Source of the DNA: the human T2T-CHM13v2.0 reference genome, Homo sapiens
Length of the DNA: 64,000 bases
NCBI RefSeq assembly: GCF_009914755.1
Contig: NC_060932.1
Strand: one strand, 5' to 3'
Shown: piece after piece, positions 29,030 through 42,521 of the stretch
Numbering within the stretch: the first letter of the stretch is position 1
Layout: every line of letters begins with the position of its first letter
Notes under the pieces: generated by a model
Told to the model about the DNA's origin: nothing
Seen by the model: the letters and a program-made list of their open reading frames with translations, nothing else
Database searches by the model: none
Program-made: the position numbers and the translations under genes

Positions 29030-30960
29030 AAAAACAAAAATGCATAGCTCAGTAGTTTACTACAATCGGAGGTTAGAAAAGAGGATATTGTCAGCATCAA
29101 ATAAACTTCCTGCCTGTGCCCTCTCAATCACAATTCACTTCCCCCCACAAAGGTAACCATAATGCTAATTTTCTTACTTTCCTTTATAGTTTTATCTCCC
29201 AGGCAGGTATCCCTAAATGCTATAGTTTAAATGCAATCATATGATATGTGATATTTTGTAGCGGGCTTCATTTCCTCAACAGTATGATTGTGAGATCTAT
29301 TCATGTTGTCGAGTGTAGCACTAATTCATTCACATGCAATCTTCTTCAATAGTTTTCTGCTGATAAACATAACGCAACATATTAATCCATTCCACTGCTA
29401 AGGAACATCTTGTTTTTTTCCTAGTTTTAGTTTACAAATACTATTGTTATAAAATTTTTTACCATGCTTCTTCAGACACATAAAATTTGTTGGGTCTATA
29501 CCTAGGAATAGAACTGCTAGATTATAAATTGTTACACATTTGTTCAGCATTTGCAGATACTGACAAACAATTTTGCAAAATATTAGTACCAATTTATATA
29601 ATTTCACCAACCCTGTAGGGAATTCCATTTGTCCCAGATCCTTGTAAACCTTTGGAGTTGTCATTCTTTTCATATTTAGCAAGTCTGGGTGTAGGTATCT
29701 CTCTGTGATGGTATCTCATTGAACTTTTAATATACATTTATTTGGTGACACACAAAATTGAATATTTATTCACATACATGCTGTTGGCATACTCACTTTT
29801 GTTTACTGTCTGGATCTTTTGCCCACTATTCCACTGGTTTGTCTATCTTTTCCTTGATTTGCAATTGTTTTTGTTTATTGTGGACATACATCATTTTTCA
29901 GTTATATGAAGCTTGTCCTTTAACTTTTTCTTCTAACAGAAAGTCTTAATTTTAATGTGTCAAATCTAACAATCCTCTCAATTCTGCTTAGTAATTTTTA
30001 TGTTCCTTTTGAGAAGGAACATGCTGACTTCACATAGATACTCTCTTTATGATTTATTTTTCATTTAGATAAAAAATTCACCTGAAATTTTCAGGTATGG
30101 TGATGGATTCACATTGATTTTCAAAATTTCCTGCTTATCAGTATCCATTTACCCCTAGGATAATTTATTTAAAAGTTCACCCATACCCTAAGACTATTGA
30201 GCATTGCTACCTTTATGATAAATTGCTAATACATGCATGGGTCTGTTTCTGATCACTGTTAAATTGATCTAATTGTCTATCCTTCCTACAATCTATTCCT
30301 GTAACTTAACTTTGTTTTTACGTCTAGTAGAACAAATCTTTACATTTTCTATTCTTTTTAAAGTGTGTCTTAGTTTTATTGCCATTTGCCTTTCCATATA
30401 TTTTTTAGAATTACTAATAGAATCACTTTTCATAAAGATTCCTTTAGAAATTTGCTTAGAAGTACAATAAATGTATTTTGAGAACAGATATCATTAAATA
30501 CTGTACTTCTAATGGATAAGTATGACTCTCCCTCTGTCTGAGTTTTCTTCAAATTCTCTCATTGTTTTACAGTTTTTGCAAAGAGGTATGGCACATCTTT
30601 CTTTATATTTATTGACAGTTATTTGATGTATCAGATACTATTTTAAATGGTCTCTCTTTGAAGTTTGTTTCTAGTTACTTAAAAATCCAGTTAATTTTTG
30701 TCTATCAGCCTTATATCCAACATCTTCATGAAACTCTTCTAACAGTTGATTTGTAGATTTTCTATATACACAGTATAATCTACAAATAAAGACAGCTTCA
30801 TTCCTTGCCTTCTAATCTTTATGTTTTTTATCGCCTCTGCTTTTCTTACTTTACTGACTAGAACTGCCAGTATCAGGTTGAATAAAATTGATTGTAATGA
30901 CCACCTTTGTTTCACTTCCAACGTAAAAGGAAGTATTTTAGAATTTCACCATTAAAATGC
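29030..30960 (-). mobile_element. L1ME-type 3' UTR/ORF2 fragment
   Basis: Antisense L1 motifs (tatacctaggaatagaactgctag, gtgatggtatctcattg, ttttagaatttcaccattaa). Confidence 0.8.
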
Positions 30961-31278
30961 AGCGTCTGTCAACTGTATCACAGTAAGAAAATTTAAACTC
31001 GGTACTGAACGACTAGGATCTAGCCTGCAGAACTAGAGCACAGAATTTTTAAAAGTTAATCATAGAATGCAGAAGATTCAGAACATGAATTAAGGCCAAA
31101 ATTGCAATGAAAAACCCTTATAAGGTAGTGGCAGACACTTTACAGGAAAGACGTTGCATGTAAGAGTAACTCTAAAAGGGTTTTCTTCTTGTCTTCTACC
31201 ATAGTTGAATTGAGGGGTGGAGGTGGAAAAAACAACAGAAGTCCTGTGCTTGCAAATCAGAGGGTAAAAGGCACTTTT

Positions 31279-31612
<334 letters not shown>

Positions 31613-31791
31613 TCAATCCATGGCATCACTTCAAGCGAGCAAAACTGGTTCCAGTGGAGCTCCCATAGAAAGAAGCCATGGGATAACCTCTTTTTTCCAA
31701 CTGGGCTCTCCAGATTCAGGGTAGGAAAAGCTCCAATAAAGGTGCTGGACTCCTTGAACGGGGTGGAGACACTGGCTAAGAATTAAGAGTC

Positions 31792-32133
31792 GGCCGGGCG
31801 CGGTGGCTCACGCCTGTAATCCCAGCACTTTGGGAAGCCGAGGCAGGAGGATCATGAAGACAGGAGATCGAGGTCATCCTGGTTAACACGGTGAAAACCC
31901 GTCTCTACTTAAAAAAAAAAAAAAAAAAAAGAAAGAAAAAAAAGAGAAAAAAAAATTAGCCGGGCGTAGTGGCGGGCGCCTGTAGTCCCAGCAACTCAGG
32001 AGGCTAAGGCAGGAGAATGGCGTGAACCCGGGAATCGGAGCTTGCAGTGAGCCGAGATCGCGCTACTGCACTCCAACCTGGGCGACAGAGCGAGACTCTG
32101 TATCACCAAAAAAATAAATAAATAAATAAATAA
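31792..32133 (+). mobile_element. AluY with expanded central A-linker and (TAAA)n tail
   Basis: Y diagnostics; about 44-nt A-rich linker at 31911-31954; flanks aattaagagtc and aattaagcatc. Confidence 0.96.
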
Positions 32134-32695
32134 ATTAAGCATCAATGTTTCTCCCAGATGAGGATAGCAGCATGAAGCTACAGGCCCTAAAATGAGTCAA
32201 AGGAGACCACTGAAAGCCAGAGCTAGATGTATGGTATTGCTGAGTGATAGGGTCATACAAGCATTAAGAGATCAAAGGGGCTGAGCTGCTTGAAAGCAAT
32301 CACCATAATTCCCAAGAGACAATAAAGACTCGCATTAGGAGTGGAAAACAAGAACGAACGAGACATCACCATGATAGTCAGAGGAAAGCAGGAGGACCAC
32401 AAGTCCTGTTTCCCTCTCATGTGTTACATCAGCTTCCACTTTGTACCCAAATACTGCCCTGGAGAGAGGTAGAATACTGGGCTGGAAGAATATATAAGCA
32501 CTTCTGGTTGGGAACTCAACTTCGAAAAAAATATTTAGGGAAAACAACTTAAAGGACAAAAAACTAATGTGTTTTCCCAAACAGTCTGGACAAGTGGCGC
32601 TAACTGACAAAGCCTGTGTTAAATTATCTTTGCTGACCTATGCTTTTGTATGATGTCATCCACGCTATTCAAAGATCCTCTAATAAAAGTTCTAA

Positions 32696-32994
<299 letters not shown>

Positions 32995-33399
32995 AGAAAT
33001 TCATCATTGTTTCTGAGGTGGTTGCGGACATCCTTATTTTGTTATTACATTCTCCAATGTTCCCATTATGAGAACCCTTAAGAAACACTCCTGTCTTATT
33101 TTAAAACAAAAAGCAACTTTTGAAAATTTTCTCTTTCCCTTTTTTATATTGCCATTTTGGATTCTGTAATTGACAATGGGGCGCTCCTTTCAGAAGTGAT
33201 CCAAGGTTGCTTTCATGCTTGGCAGAGCAGCAGGAGGAGGAAAAAAAATACCACTGTAGATGGGGTTAAAAAGAAATCAGCTGATGACAACATTTGTTAA
33301 AGGCTGAGTGTGACCTGGCTTGAGAGTTTAGAATCCCGAGAAGCCCCCGCCAAAAAGAATGACGCTCACCTGTCCACTCTTTCTCAGGGTTCTTCATCA

Positions 33400-34178
33400 A
33401 GTGCTCACACAGAGGACTGGAGGTACACCAGAACTGAGAGAAATTGTCCCAGGCATGAGTCAGAGGTTGTCACAGCTGTTGGAAGAGAAGGAACGCTGAG
33501 AGCGTCCCCTCTGAACCACTTTGGGCCCTTAGAAGGCTGGAGTGGAGGAGCCTGAGACAATCCCTTCAGGCCTTGCTGAGTCTAGAGAATGAGGAAGCGA
33601 GAGCTAACAGACAGCCCCCTTATATCCTGGACTTGCAGCAGGCTGAGGGAGGGGCAAAAGAACTGAGAAGAGATCGCTGGCCAATCAGATTTCAAGCCCT
33701 GCTGAAGGGACGTTTCTGATCCTGCCCACCTACCATCAGCAGCCAACCTGACACTGAATCTAACTAAAGCAATGATAAGGCCCATTCCCAGTTCAAGAAC
33801 AGAAGATGCTGGCTCAGCTAAGACCACACCCTTCTTCCTCCCCTCCCCCAGCAGCTTCGCAGGAGAGGAGTGTCTTTTTCTGAGTGTCTTTTTGACTTCA
33901 GTTTTTACTATTTTATACACAATGTCTGACATACAAGAAAACATTATGAAACACCACAGAAAAGCAATAAAATTAGACCCATCATCGAGAGGGTCTATAA
34001 AATCAGACCTGGGATGGCTCAAATGGAACTATCAGACAGGGGCTTTAAAAAGAAAAACAGATTAAATAAAGAGGTGGAGAGTGTGCATGAACAGATGTGC
34101 AATTTTGGCAAAGATCAAAATTATTTTTTAAAAAGCCAAAAGGAAATGCTACAAGTAAAAAATGTAATGTCAGAGAAA
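33400..34178 (+). mobile_element. Ancient L1M 5' UTR and ORF1 start
   Basis: atacacaatgtctgacatacaag..., ggaactatcagacagggg, aaggaaatgctacaagtaaaaaa; 5' boundary uncertain. Confidence 0.65.
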
Positions 34179-34254
34179 ATGGAGGGAGGGAGGAGGAGAG
34201 AGAGAGAGAGTGAGAGACAGAGAGAGACAGAAGAGAACATAGGCAAGGAAACCA

Positions 34255-34650
34255 TTATCATGCTAAAAACATTGACAATCGTTCCTTAATAGCATCAAAT
34301 ATCCAGTCAAACATTCAAATGTCCTATCAGATTTTTTTTTACAGGTTGTTAAAGTAAGTTTTATAAGTTTTATAAAGTATATTGAAATTGCTTAGTTTGG
34401 TTTTTAAGGCTCTTTTATAGTTTTCTTTCCATTTTTTCCCCCTTTAGAAATTTCCAAGCTGAAGAAGCTCGGCCAGACAGTGTCCCCCACAGTTTGGGTT
34501 TTGCTCATTCATCTCTGTGCTATCATTTAACACGTGTCTCTGTGCTTTGTATTTCCTGTAACCTGGCAGTTAGATCTAGATACCTGATCAGATTCAATTT
34601 CAATTTTTTTGAAGATAGTGCTTTATAGGCAGTGATGTGTACTTCCTTCG
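34255..34650 (-). mobile_element. L1MC4/5 3' UTR fragment
   Basis: tgtatttcctgtaacctggcagttagatctaga...gatcagattca. Confidence 0.7.
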
Positions 34651-34843
34651 TGATTCTCTGAAAAAAATTTTTTTTTTTGGGAGAATATTTTGCATTTCTT
34701 TATTAGCTCATGTGTATATGTCCCTAGCAAAATGAATTGAAAAGTTACCTATTTGAGTCAATCAATTTCAATTTGTGGGTGTTTAAATTTGCTTTTAAAG
34801 TTTTCATGCTAGATAATGTTTTGATTTTTTTTCGATTTTCTCT

Positions 34844-34870
34844 GAATTAGTGAGTTTGACTCACTAATTC
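34844..34870. repeat. Perfect 12-bp inverted repeat with 3-nt loop
   Basis: gaattagtgagt-ttg-actcactaattc. Confidence 0.9.
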
Positions 34871-35946
34871 GTGGCTTTTTCACTGTGTTAATTTCTGTTT
34901 AACTTTTCTTTTGGGATTATAGCTCCATTCTCCTTTAAATTTACCATTGCATTTGACAGAGAAATGATCAATCAATCACTTTCACAAGCTAGACCTCCTT
35001 TGGAGTGAACAGTCACTTTGGACTCTGCTGTCTTGAAGTTCAGTGACTCTGTCGAGGGTGGGATGGAAGCTTCAGGACGTGCCCCTCTGCAGTCCTGCTT
35101 CCATCTAGGCAGCTCTGGTTTCACTATGAACCTGGAGGGCAGAGCCCTCCTTCCCTTGCTCAAGGTGGAAACTGTGTGCCTTGGAGACCTCTCACAGACA
35201 AGAACAGACTCTAAGATGGCAGTAGGACTAGGAAATGACATTCCTCTCCTTTAGTCTCAGGAAAAAAAAAAAACCAGAAAACTTATTTCAGCCGTGGAAA
35301 AAAGAAATCTGTTCATAAGTATCCCTGCTGCATTGAATACATACTTCAGTTAAATTTGTGATCCTGAATATTGGCAATTAAAGATATTTTGATTAATCTT
35401 TATGTGCATCTGAGCACTAGAAACTACATATATAGTAATGTATAGCATAGATGGCAACTCTTTTCCAGCAGACTTGCATTTAGATGAGACTGCAAATTTC
35501 TAATCTAGTAGGATTAGCAGAGGAGAGAGAAGGGAGATAAAACAGCAACCTATTTACAGTGATTCCTGTTACTGATAAAGCCTCAGAATAATTTATCTGA
35601 CCCAATGGTATTAATACTAAATCTTCACTAAGTTGCGCTTGCTGGCCATCCAGTACATTCAGGCTTTGCAGCACTTTCAGATCCTCAGTCCTGATACGAC
35701 TTAGGTGCAAATCCTCCTGTTCTATGGGCCAATAACCTTTTAAAATTCCTTCTGAAGCCTCATATACATCAAGGCTTTTTGGCTGTCATTTCTACTTGCT
35801 TGGAATAAAAATGTCAGAGCAGGGGAATACCAATAAAAAGGATGTACACAAAGGTAGGAACTGGGGAAAATCAAGTAGCATAAACATCAAGCAAGTTGAA
35901 TTTTTGATGACTGCATTTTCTGTGTCTCACTAGAAATTCCATGTAG

Positions 35947-36108
35947 GCTGTATGTATAACATGCAGATGTATTTGTAATATATAATGGAGTATAATATAC
36001 TGAACTCAACTTAGTGATTTCTTCAGAGCTGTATGTATAACATGCAGATGTATTTGTAATATATAATGGAATATAATATACTGAATTCAACTTAGTGATT
36101 TCTTCAGA
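35947..36108. repeat. 2 x 81-bp tandem duplication
   Basis: Units 35947-36027 and 36028-36108 differ at 2 positions. Confidence 0.97.
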
Positions 36109-36184
36109 GATGCCTTTTTAAAAAACTGCTCTGTTTCACCAAGAGCTTATTTTATTTATATCACCTGTGTATACATTCCGAATC

Positions 36185-36380
36185 AGGGAGGCAGTGCGTA
36201 AGAGTGGCTCTCAATGCAGGTTCTAAAGTTAGACTTTCAGAATCAGAATCTGGCTCTACCACATTAGCAGTACGAATTTCGGCAGCCATTAAATCGTGCA
36301 GATTTCCTCCTCCAAAAATAAAGATGATATGAAATACACCTACTTTCTAAGGCTGAGAAAATCAAATTGGTATAAATGAA
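36185..36380 (+). mobile_element. MIR
   Basis: gaatctggctctaccacattagc...tttcctcctccaaaaataaagatga. Confidence 0.65.
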
Positions 36381-36608
36381 TATATTGACTATCATCCTAA
36401 TTTTAGGATACGGGAGCACCCACAAGGGTTTAATAGCGGCCCAAGTTTATAATTCATATAATTCAGAATTAGCTGCAAAATTATGAATTGAATTATCTAG
36501 AATGAACTAGAACATGCAACCAGCTGTGTAGAATCCTATGGTGATAGATAAAATGTAATTCATTGGAATTCCGAAAGGGCTGCATGTCCGAATTATTATA
36601 AAAACTAC

Positions 36609-37055
<447 letters not shown>

Positions 37056-37110
37056 CTTTCTCATCTCCTTTTCTAATTGTTAATGAATTGGCAATACAAA
37101 AACATTAAAA

Positions 37111-37355
37111 TTTTTTTATTTCAATAGGTTTTGGGGAACAGGTGGTGTTCGTTTACGTGAATGAGTTCTTATAGTGGTGATTTCTGAGATTTTGGTACAT
37201 CCATCGCCCGAGGAGTGTACACTGTACCCAATGTGTAGTCATTTATTCTTTGCCACCCACTAGCCTTTCCACCAAGTCCCCATAGTCCAATGTTATGATA
37301 CTTATGCCTTTGCCTCCTCATAGCTTAGATCCCACATGAGTGAGAACATACGATG
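37111..37355 (-). mobile_element. L1PB1-like 3' end
   Basis: Antisense 3' UTR; TSD aaaaacatt at 37098-37106 and 37357-37365. Confidence 0.88.
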
Positions 37356-38126
37356 GAAAAACATTTTTGTCATAGAAATGTTCGCTATAATATAGCAGCA
37401 ATCGCAAAACTTTAAAAACTGAAGCTAGCAGCTTTGACTATGCACCCTGAAATTCTACCCTTGCCTTCAGTTTTCTATGTGTATTTAATTTTTACAAAGG
37501 AAACCGGAGATCATATTGTTTTGATAGTGAATAGGAAGTGTCTTCTCCTTCTATAAAGCACATTGTGTCTTTCCTTATCCATAGTGCTGCCTAAAACCTT
37601 GGCTTTTCTGCTACTGGAATCTTGAATTTTTTCTTCTTTCAAGTGAATTTTTCCTATGATCATAACAGTTCCTTTCCTTAAAGATTTCATATCTCTTCAG
37701 CCATTTGCCTTGCTATGGAGATCCAAATTTAAGAGAAGCACTTTAACCATTTTTGAATGTAAAGTAAAGGGAACTGAATGCATATTATGGTTTTTAAATA
37801 GTTCAAAAGAACTATTACAACCTAAAATAAGTTTAAAATGTCTCTGACTAAAACTTGTAGTTTATACGTTTATTCTTTAAGGATGTGATTCTCTGAAACA
37901 AATTAAATAAATCTAAGTTTTGCATGAAATTATCATTTCAAAATGCCAAAGAGTAATTTGCTTAGAATCTTAGTACAAATTTCAACTGCAAACTTGTTCT
38001 ACTCCACTGGAAGAGCACTACATTTTATGAATATTGACTTAAATACATTGGACCATACCTGGTCCATACATGGACCATAATCTCTGTTTTAAAACTAGTC
38101 TGTTTCAAGGTGTCAGATAGGCTTAT

Positions 38127-38417
38127 GGCTGGGCACAGTGGCTCATGCCTGTAATCCCAGCATTTTGGGTGGCCCAAGCAGAAGATTGCTTGAGCCCAGG
38201 AGTTCAAGATCAGCCTGGGCAACATAGGGGGACCTTGTGTCTATAAAAATTTTTTTTTATTAGCTGGGCATCGTGTAGTGTGTCTGTAGTCCCAGCTACG
38301 TGGGAGGATGAGGCAAGAGGATCGCTTGAGGCCAGGAGTTTGAGGCTACAGGAAGCTAGAGTCATTCCACTGTGCTCCAGCCCGAATGACAGAGCAAGAT
38401 CCTGCCTGAAAAAAAAA
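38127..38417 (+). mobile_element. AluJ
   Basis: Diverged J-type dimer. Confidence 0.92.
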
Positions 38418-38490
38418 GGTCTTTTTTATTCAAGTCTCTATAGTTAAAAAAAAATTGTCACAAACACTGATGCATATGTACATATACAAG

Positions 38491-38569
38491 TCTATCTAGG
38501 AAAAAATAAACTATGACAAACTTCATCAGTTTCTATCTAGGAAAAAATAAAATATGACAAACTTTATCA
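38491..38569. repeat. 2 x 41-bp tandem duplication
   Basis: tctatctaggaaaaaataaa(c/a)tatgacaaactt(c/t)atca starts at 38491 and 38532. Confidence 0.93.
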
Positions 38570-38786
38570 TTAAACTGATTTGAAAAGGGTTTCTGAGAAC
38601 ATTCTGGTGCACTACATAATCCTTATGTAGGAAAGCTAGGATGCCAGATGTTTATGTGTTCCATCCTCATTCTCATTAAAGGTTCCATTGTTTTTTTTTT
38701 TTTTTACCACCAACTTTAATTGCAACCAATTCACTAGGCTGCCTTAATTATAACATTTTAGATTAGGAAAAGACTTAGAAATCATC

Positions 38787-38970
38787 TAGTGTTTGTCAAA
38801 CCAAAATGATCATCTGAATCACCTACGATGCTTTAAAAAAAATTAAAAAACCACTTACTTTCCCATTCCTGGAGATCCTGGTACTGTAGATGTATGTAAA
38901 AACCAAGGATCTGTCATTTAAAAAATGTCCTAAGGTGATTCCAGCAGATGAGCCAGATTTGACAACTCTG
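38787..38970. mobile_element. MER5A (hAT-Charlie MITE)
   Basis: About 185 bp; termini gtgtttgtcaaa and tttgacaactctg; internal gaatcacct and aggtgattc. Confidence 0.75.
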
Positions 38971-39635
38971 TGTTGTAGAATTGAATCTTCTCTATAACAT
39001 CTTTGCCAAATTGCTATTTGGCTGTGATTGATTACCTTGGGTCCTAAAGAACTTTATCTCTCCAAGCAATGATTTTCCTTTTTGGACATCTCTGTTGCAA
39101 TAGTTTTTACTGTATTTGATGAAATCTACTTCTTTGTTGCTTCTGCCTACTGATCTCAGTTATCCTTTGTGACAAAAACAAGTCTATTCTTGTTCCACAT
39201 GACTTCTCTGAATGTTTGAAGGTGACTTGGATGTCTTCCTGAGTCTCTTCTGGGATAAACAATCCAAATTCAAGCATGTTTTGTCTCTCATGATTTTCAA
39301 ATGTTGATCTCATTGGTAGTTCTCCTCAGGACACCTTCCCATCTGTCTCCCTGTTTTCAAGCGTATTTCTCCAGGCAGTGTAAAGAGAGGTGTGTTTTAA
39401 ATACCATAGTTCTTTGAAGCTTCTAAAGTTACATAAGTTTAAAATAGTCTTTTTAATTCATGTGGTTCTTATTTTCAACTAAAAGTATTATGTTTTCCTG
39501 AATGTGCTAGTACTAATTCATATCTTCTACATTTAATTAATGTGATTTATTTAAAAAATTCAAGTGCTAAGTTTTTGTACTCTTGTATAAAGTACGTCTT
39601 GCTGGATTTAACCTATTAGGGAAAAAGTAAAATGG

Positions 39636-40040
39636 TACTACAATTTGGGTGTGGTTTCTCCCTGCCCAAACTTATGTTGGAATTTAATTGCATTTAATTG
39701 CCAATGTAGCAGTGTTAGGAGGTGGTACCTTTAAAACGTGCTTAGGTCCTAAAGATGGATTTCTCAGAAGACTGTGTTAGTTCACTGGGAATGGATTTGT
39801 TCCCATATGTGTAGGGTGTTATAAAATGGGGTTGCCTCTCATCTTTTGTCTCTCTGCACATGCCTACTTCTCCTTCCTTCTGCTTTCTGCCATGAGTTGA
39901 AACAGCACGAGGTCTCACCAGATTGGCGGCCTGAACTTGGACGTCCCAGTGTGCAGAACCGTAGCTAAATAAACGTATTTGCTTTATAAATTACCCAGTC
40001 TTGGGTATTCTGATATAGCAACACAAAATCAACCAAGACA
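39636..40040 (+). mobile_element. MST (MSTB/C) MaLR solo LTR
   Basis: ctttataaattacccagtcttgggtattctgatatagcaacacaaaa...aagaca; imperfect TSD aatgg/aaggg. Confidence 0.88.
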
Positions 40041-41701
40041 AAGGGTAGTCTCAGACCTTGATCTTCAAATGTATTTGCTATTCTCCCTGGCATCTTGCAA
40101 TTCTAGAATTGATGAACCTACTCTGTATGTCTTTATTCAATTGTAAAGATATGAGGCTGAGAACAAAGATTCTCACCTGAGATTTTCACCTTTTTTAGGT
40201 CTATGCTAATTGACGTTACTCCAAGGATCAGAGCCCCATGAATGTAGTTATGCTTCTCAATGCTTCTGGACAAACCTTTATTAATCTACCTTGTTTCCAG
40301 GAAAATAAAGAGAAACCTTATCAAAACCTTGCTGAAGTCCAGATACTTCCTTAATCTGCCAGACTAGTAAAATAAATGGGTTGGCTATGACATCGACTGT
40401 TCTTTCATTCTATGCTTTCTTTTCCAGATTCTTCCAATCCACTTTTCATCTTGCATTCCAGATTTTGAACAGTTGTCATTGATGAGGTCTCAGGTTGGTA
40501 AAAACCACTTTTTCTTCCTAGTTTGTAAAATTGGAGCAAAATTTGCTAATGTGCAGCCTCCTAGCACTTCTCTTATTTGCCAAGATTTCTCAAAAATTAA
40601 TGACAGTGTTTCCATGATCTCAGAGTAGCTCCAAGTTCTCTGTGACAACAGCTACTTTTCCAAATCCCTCTAGGTGGTTTTTAACTTCCTTTGTGGCAAC
40701 AAGAGAGGAAAAATTTAAAGTAGCAAGCTGTCATATCGGTAAGTAACTCAAGTTTGTTATCCGAAGCTTTTAGGAAAATGAGCTCTACCACTTTTCATAC
40801 AGTACACATCAAGAAGGTCAGGGAGAGGTAATAGTGACCGATAAAGACCTGGCTTACTGGTACTAACTCTGACCATGCTTGCAGATTTATAACACTTCAG
40901 TTGTTTCTGAAGGCATAGGCTCAGTAAACTCCTTTTTATTGAAAATCCATTGTCATTTATTCCTGAGGCCATATTTTGTCCACTAAATAAACCTCTCCCA
41001 AACCTTTCCCGTAAATTTCTGACATAGTGCAATTAACTGCAACATGCATTACTCAAGCCCACATTACTTAGTATCCACTGCTTTTCTCCTCTCTGCATGA
41101 GAGAGAGGCCCATTGCCACGGCAACTTTGAGGAAGTTCTAACAGGCATAGGCACAATCAGATGAACTCCAGCCAATTCAGTCTCATTCTCATAAGCATAA
41201 TCCATTCTATTTAACTTGTCTTTTTTCCTCAAGATCATCCCTAATTTATGGACTTAAAATATTCCATTTCTATGGACCAAATAGGATTCATTTTCCTACT
41301 CATATACAATAGAATGCCTTCCAATCAATATTATTCTGAGTCCTGGGATGGAACACTTGATCTCATCTGAAGAGTCCCCTCTCTCTCTCAGCCCAGGTTA
41401 TGTTTGCACCTTTTCAATGTTTATTCTACCCGTTCTGGTGCAAAGATCAGTCTCCTTCACTGAAAAACAGAGACAAGATTTGGGCAATTTTTTTTTTTCC
41501 TAATTCCCCACAAATATCCATCTCTCAGTTTCATGGATACTTGGACTTTTCCATCCCCTCTCTTTCCCCTTCCCTCCTTTTTCTCTTCCCTTCCCCTTTT
41601 CTTCCTTTCTTGCCTATGGCTAACATCTTTCTCTCTCTCTCTTTTTTTTTTAGGTCGCAAAAATAGTTTGTGTGTGACATTTAGCCTTCCTTAGGCAATT
41701 C

Positions 41702-41983
41702 TTTTTATTTATTTACTTTTTTAGACAGTGTCTTGCTGCTCTGTTGCCCAGGTTGGACTGCAGCCTCAACCTCTCGAGTTCAAGTGATCCTCCCACCTCA
41801 GTCTCCAGAGTAGCTGGGACTATAGACACACGCTACCATGCCCAACTAATTTCATTTTTTTTTTTTTTTTAGTAGCAATGAGTTCTCACTATGTCGCTCA
41901 GGCTTGCGTGGAATTCCTGGGCTCAGGAGATCCTCCTAGTCTCCCAAAATGCTGGGATTACAGGCTGAGCCACCTTGGTTGGC
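41702..41983 (-). mobile_element. AluJ
   Basis: J-type with small deletions; TSD aggcaattctt on both sides. Confidence 0.92.
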
Positions 41984-42232
41984 TCTCAGGCAATTCTTAC
42001 GTTTTGTGTCACCCTCTTGTATTTGGCTTTGGTTATAATCCCATATTTTCATTTTTAAAAATTATTTATGGTTAATTCCAAGATTAAAAACAATGTAGAT
42101 CCCTATAGAACATTTTTTAGACAGAAAAAGAATCACCGACTCCTACATATGTCATGATTCCACCAAGCAGAAGTAAGCACAATATGTTTTATGTTTTCCT
42201 AGTCATCGTTATTGTTGCTTTTGCCTTTAAAC

Positions 42233-42521
42233 TTTTTTTTTAAGATGGAGTCTCACTCTGTCGCAAGGCAGAAGTTCAGTGGCACGATCTGAGCTCACTG
42301 CAACCTTCACCTCCTGGATTCAAGCTATTCTCCTGCCTCAGCCTCCCACGTAGCTGGGACTACAGGTGCATGCCATAACACCCGGCTAATTTTTTGTCTT
42401 TTTAGTAGAGACGGAGTTTCACCGTGTTAGCCAGGATGGTCTCGATCTCCTGACCTCGTGATCTGCCCACCTCCGCGTCTCAAAGTGCTGGGATTACAGG
42501 CGAGAGCCACCGCACCCAACC
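42233..42521 (-). mobile_element. AluSc-like
   Basis: 1-bp deletion tgtcgc-aaggc; gttagccaggatggtctcgatc; gacctcgtgatc. Confidence 0.93.

Larger units (their letters stand above)
38750..40630 (-). mobile_element. L3/CR1 LINE, split by MER5A and an MST LTR
   Basis: 3' end gacttagaaatcatcta; RT motif YLDFSKV/FDKVS (one frameshift) on the minus strand at 40311-40346. Confidence 0.75.

Noticed and set aside
31792-32100. CpG-rich patches as CpG islands or promoters
   Set aside because: Confined to young AluY bodies
33582-34289. 146-, 97- and 91-aa ORFs
   Set aside because: They lie in an ancient L1 5' UTR/ORF1 fragment with no coherent gene structure
35947-36108. Direct repeats as a CRISPR-like array
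   Set aside because: Only two abutting copies with no spacers, no cas genes, and primate DNA
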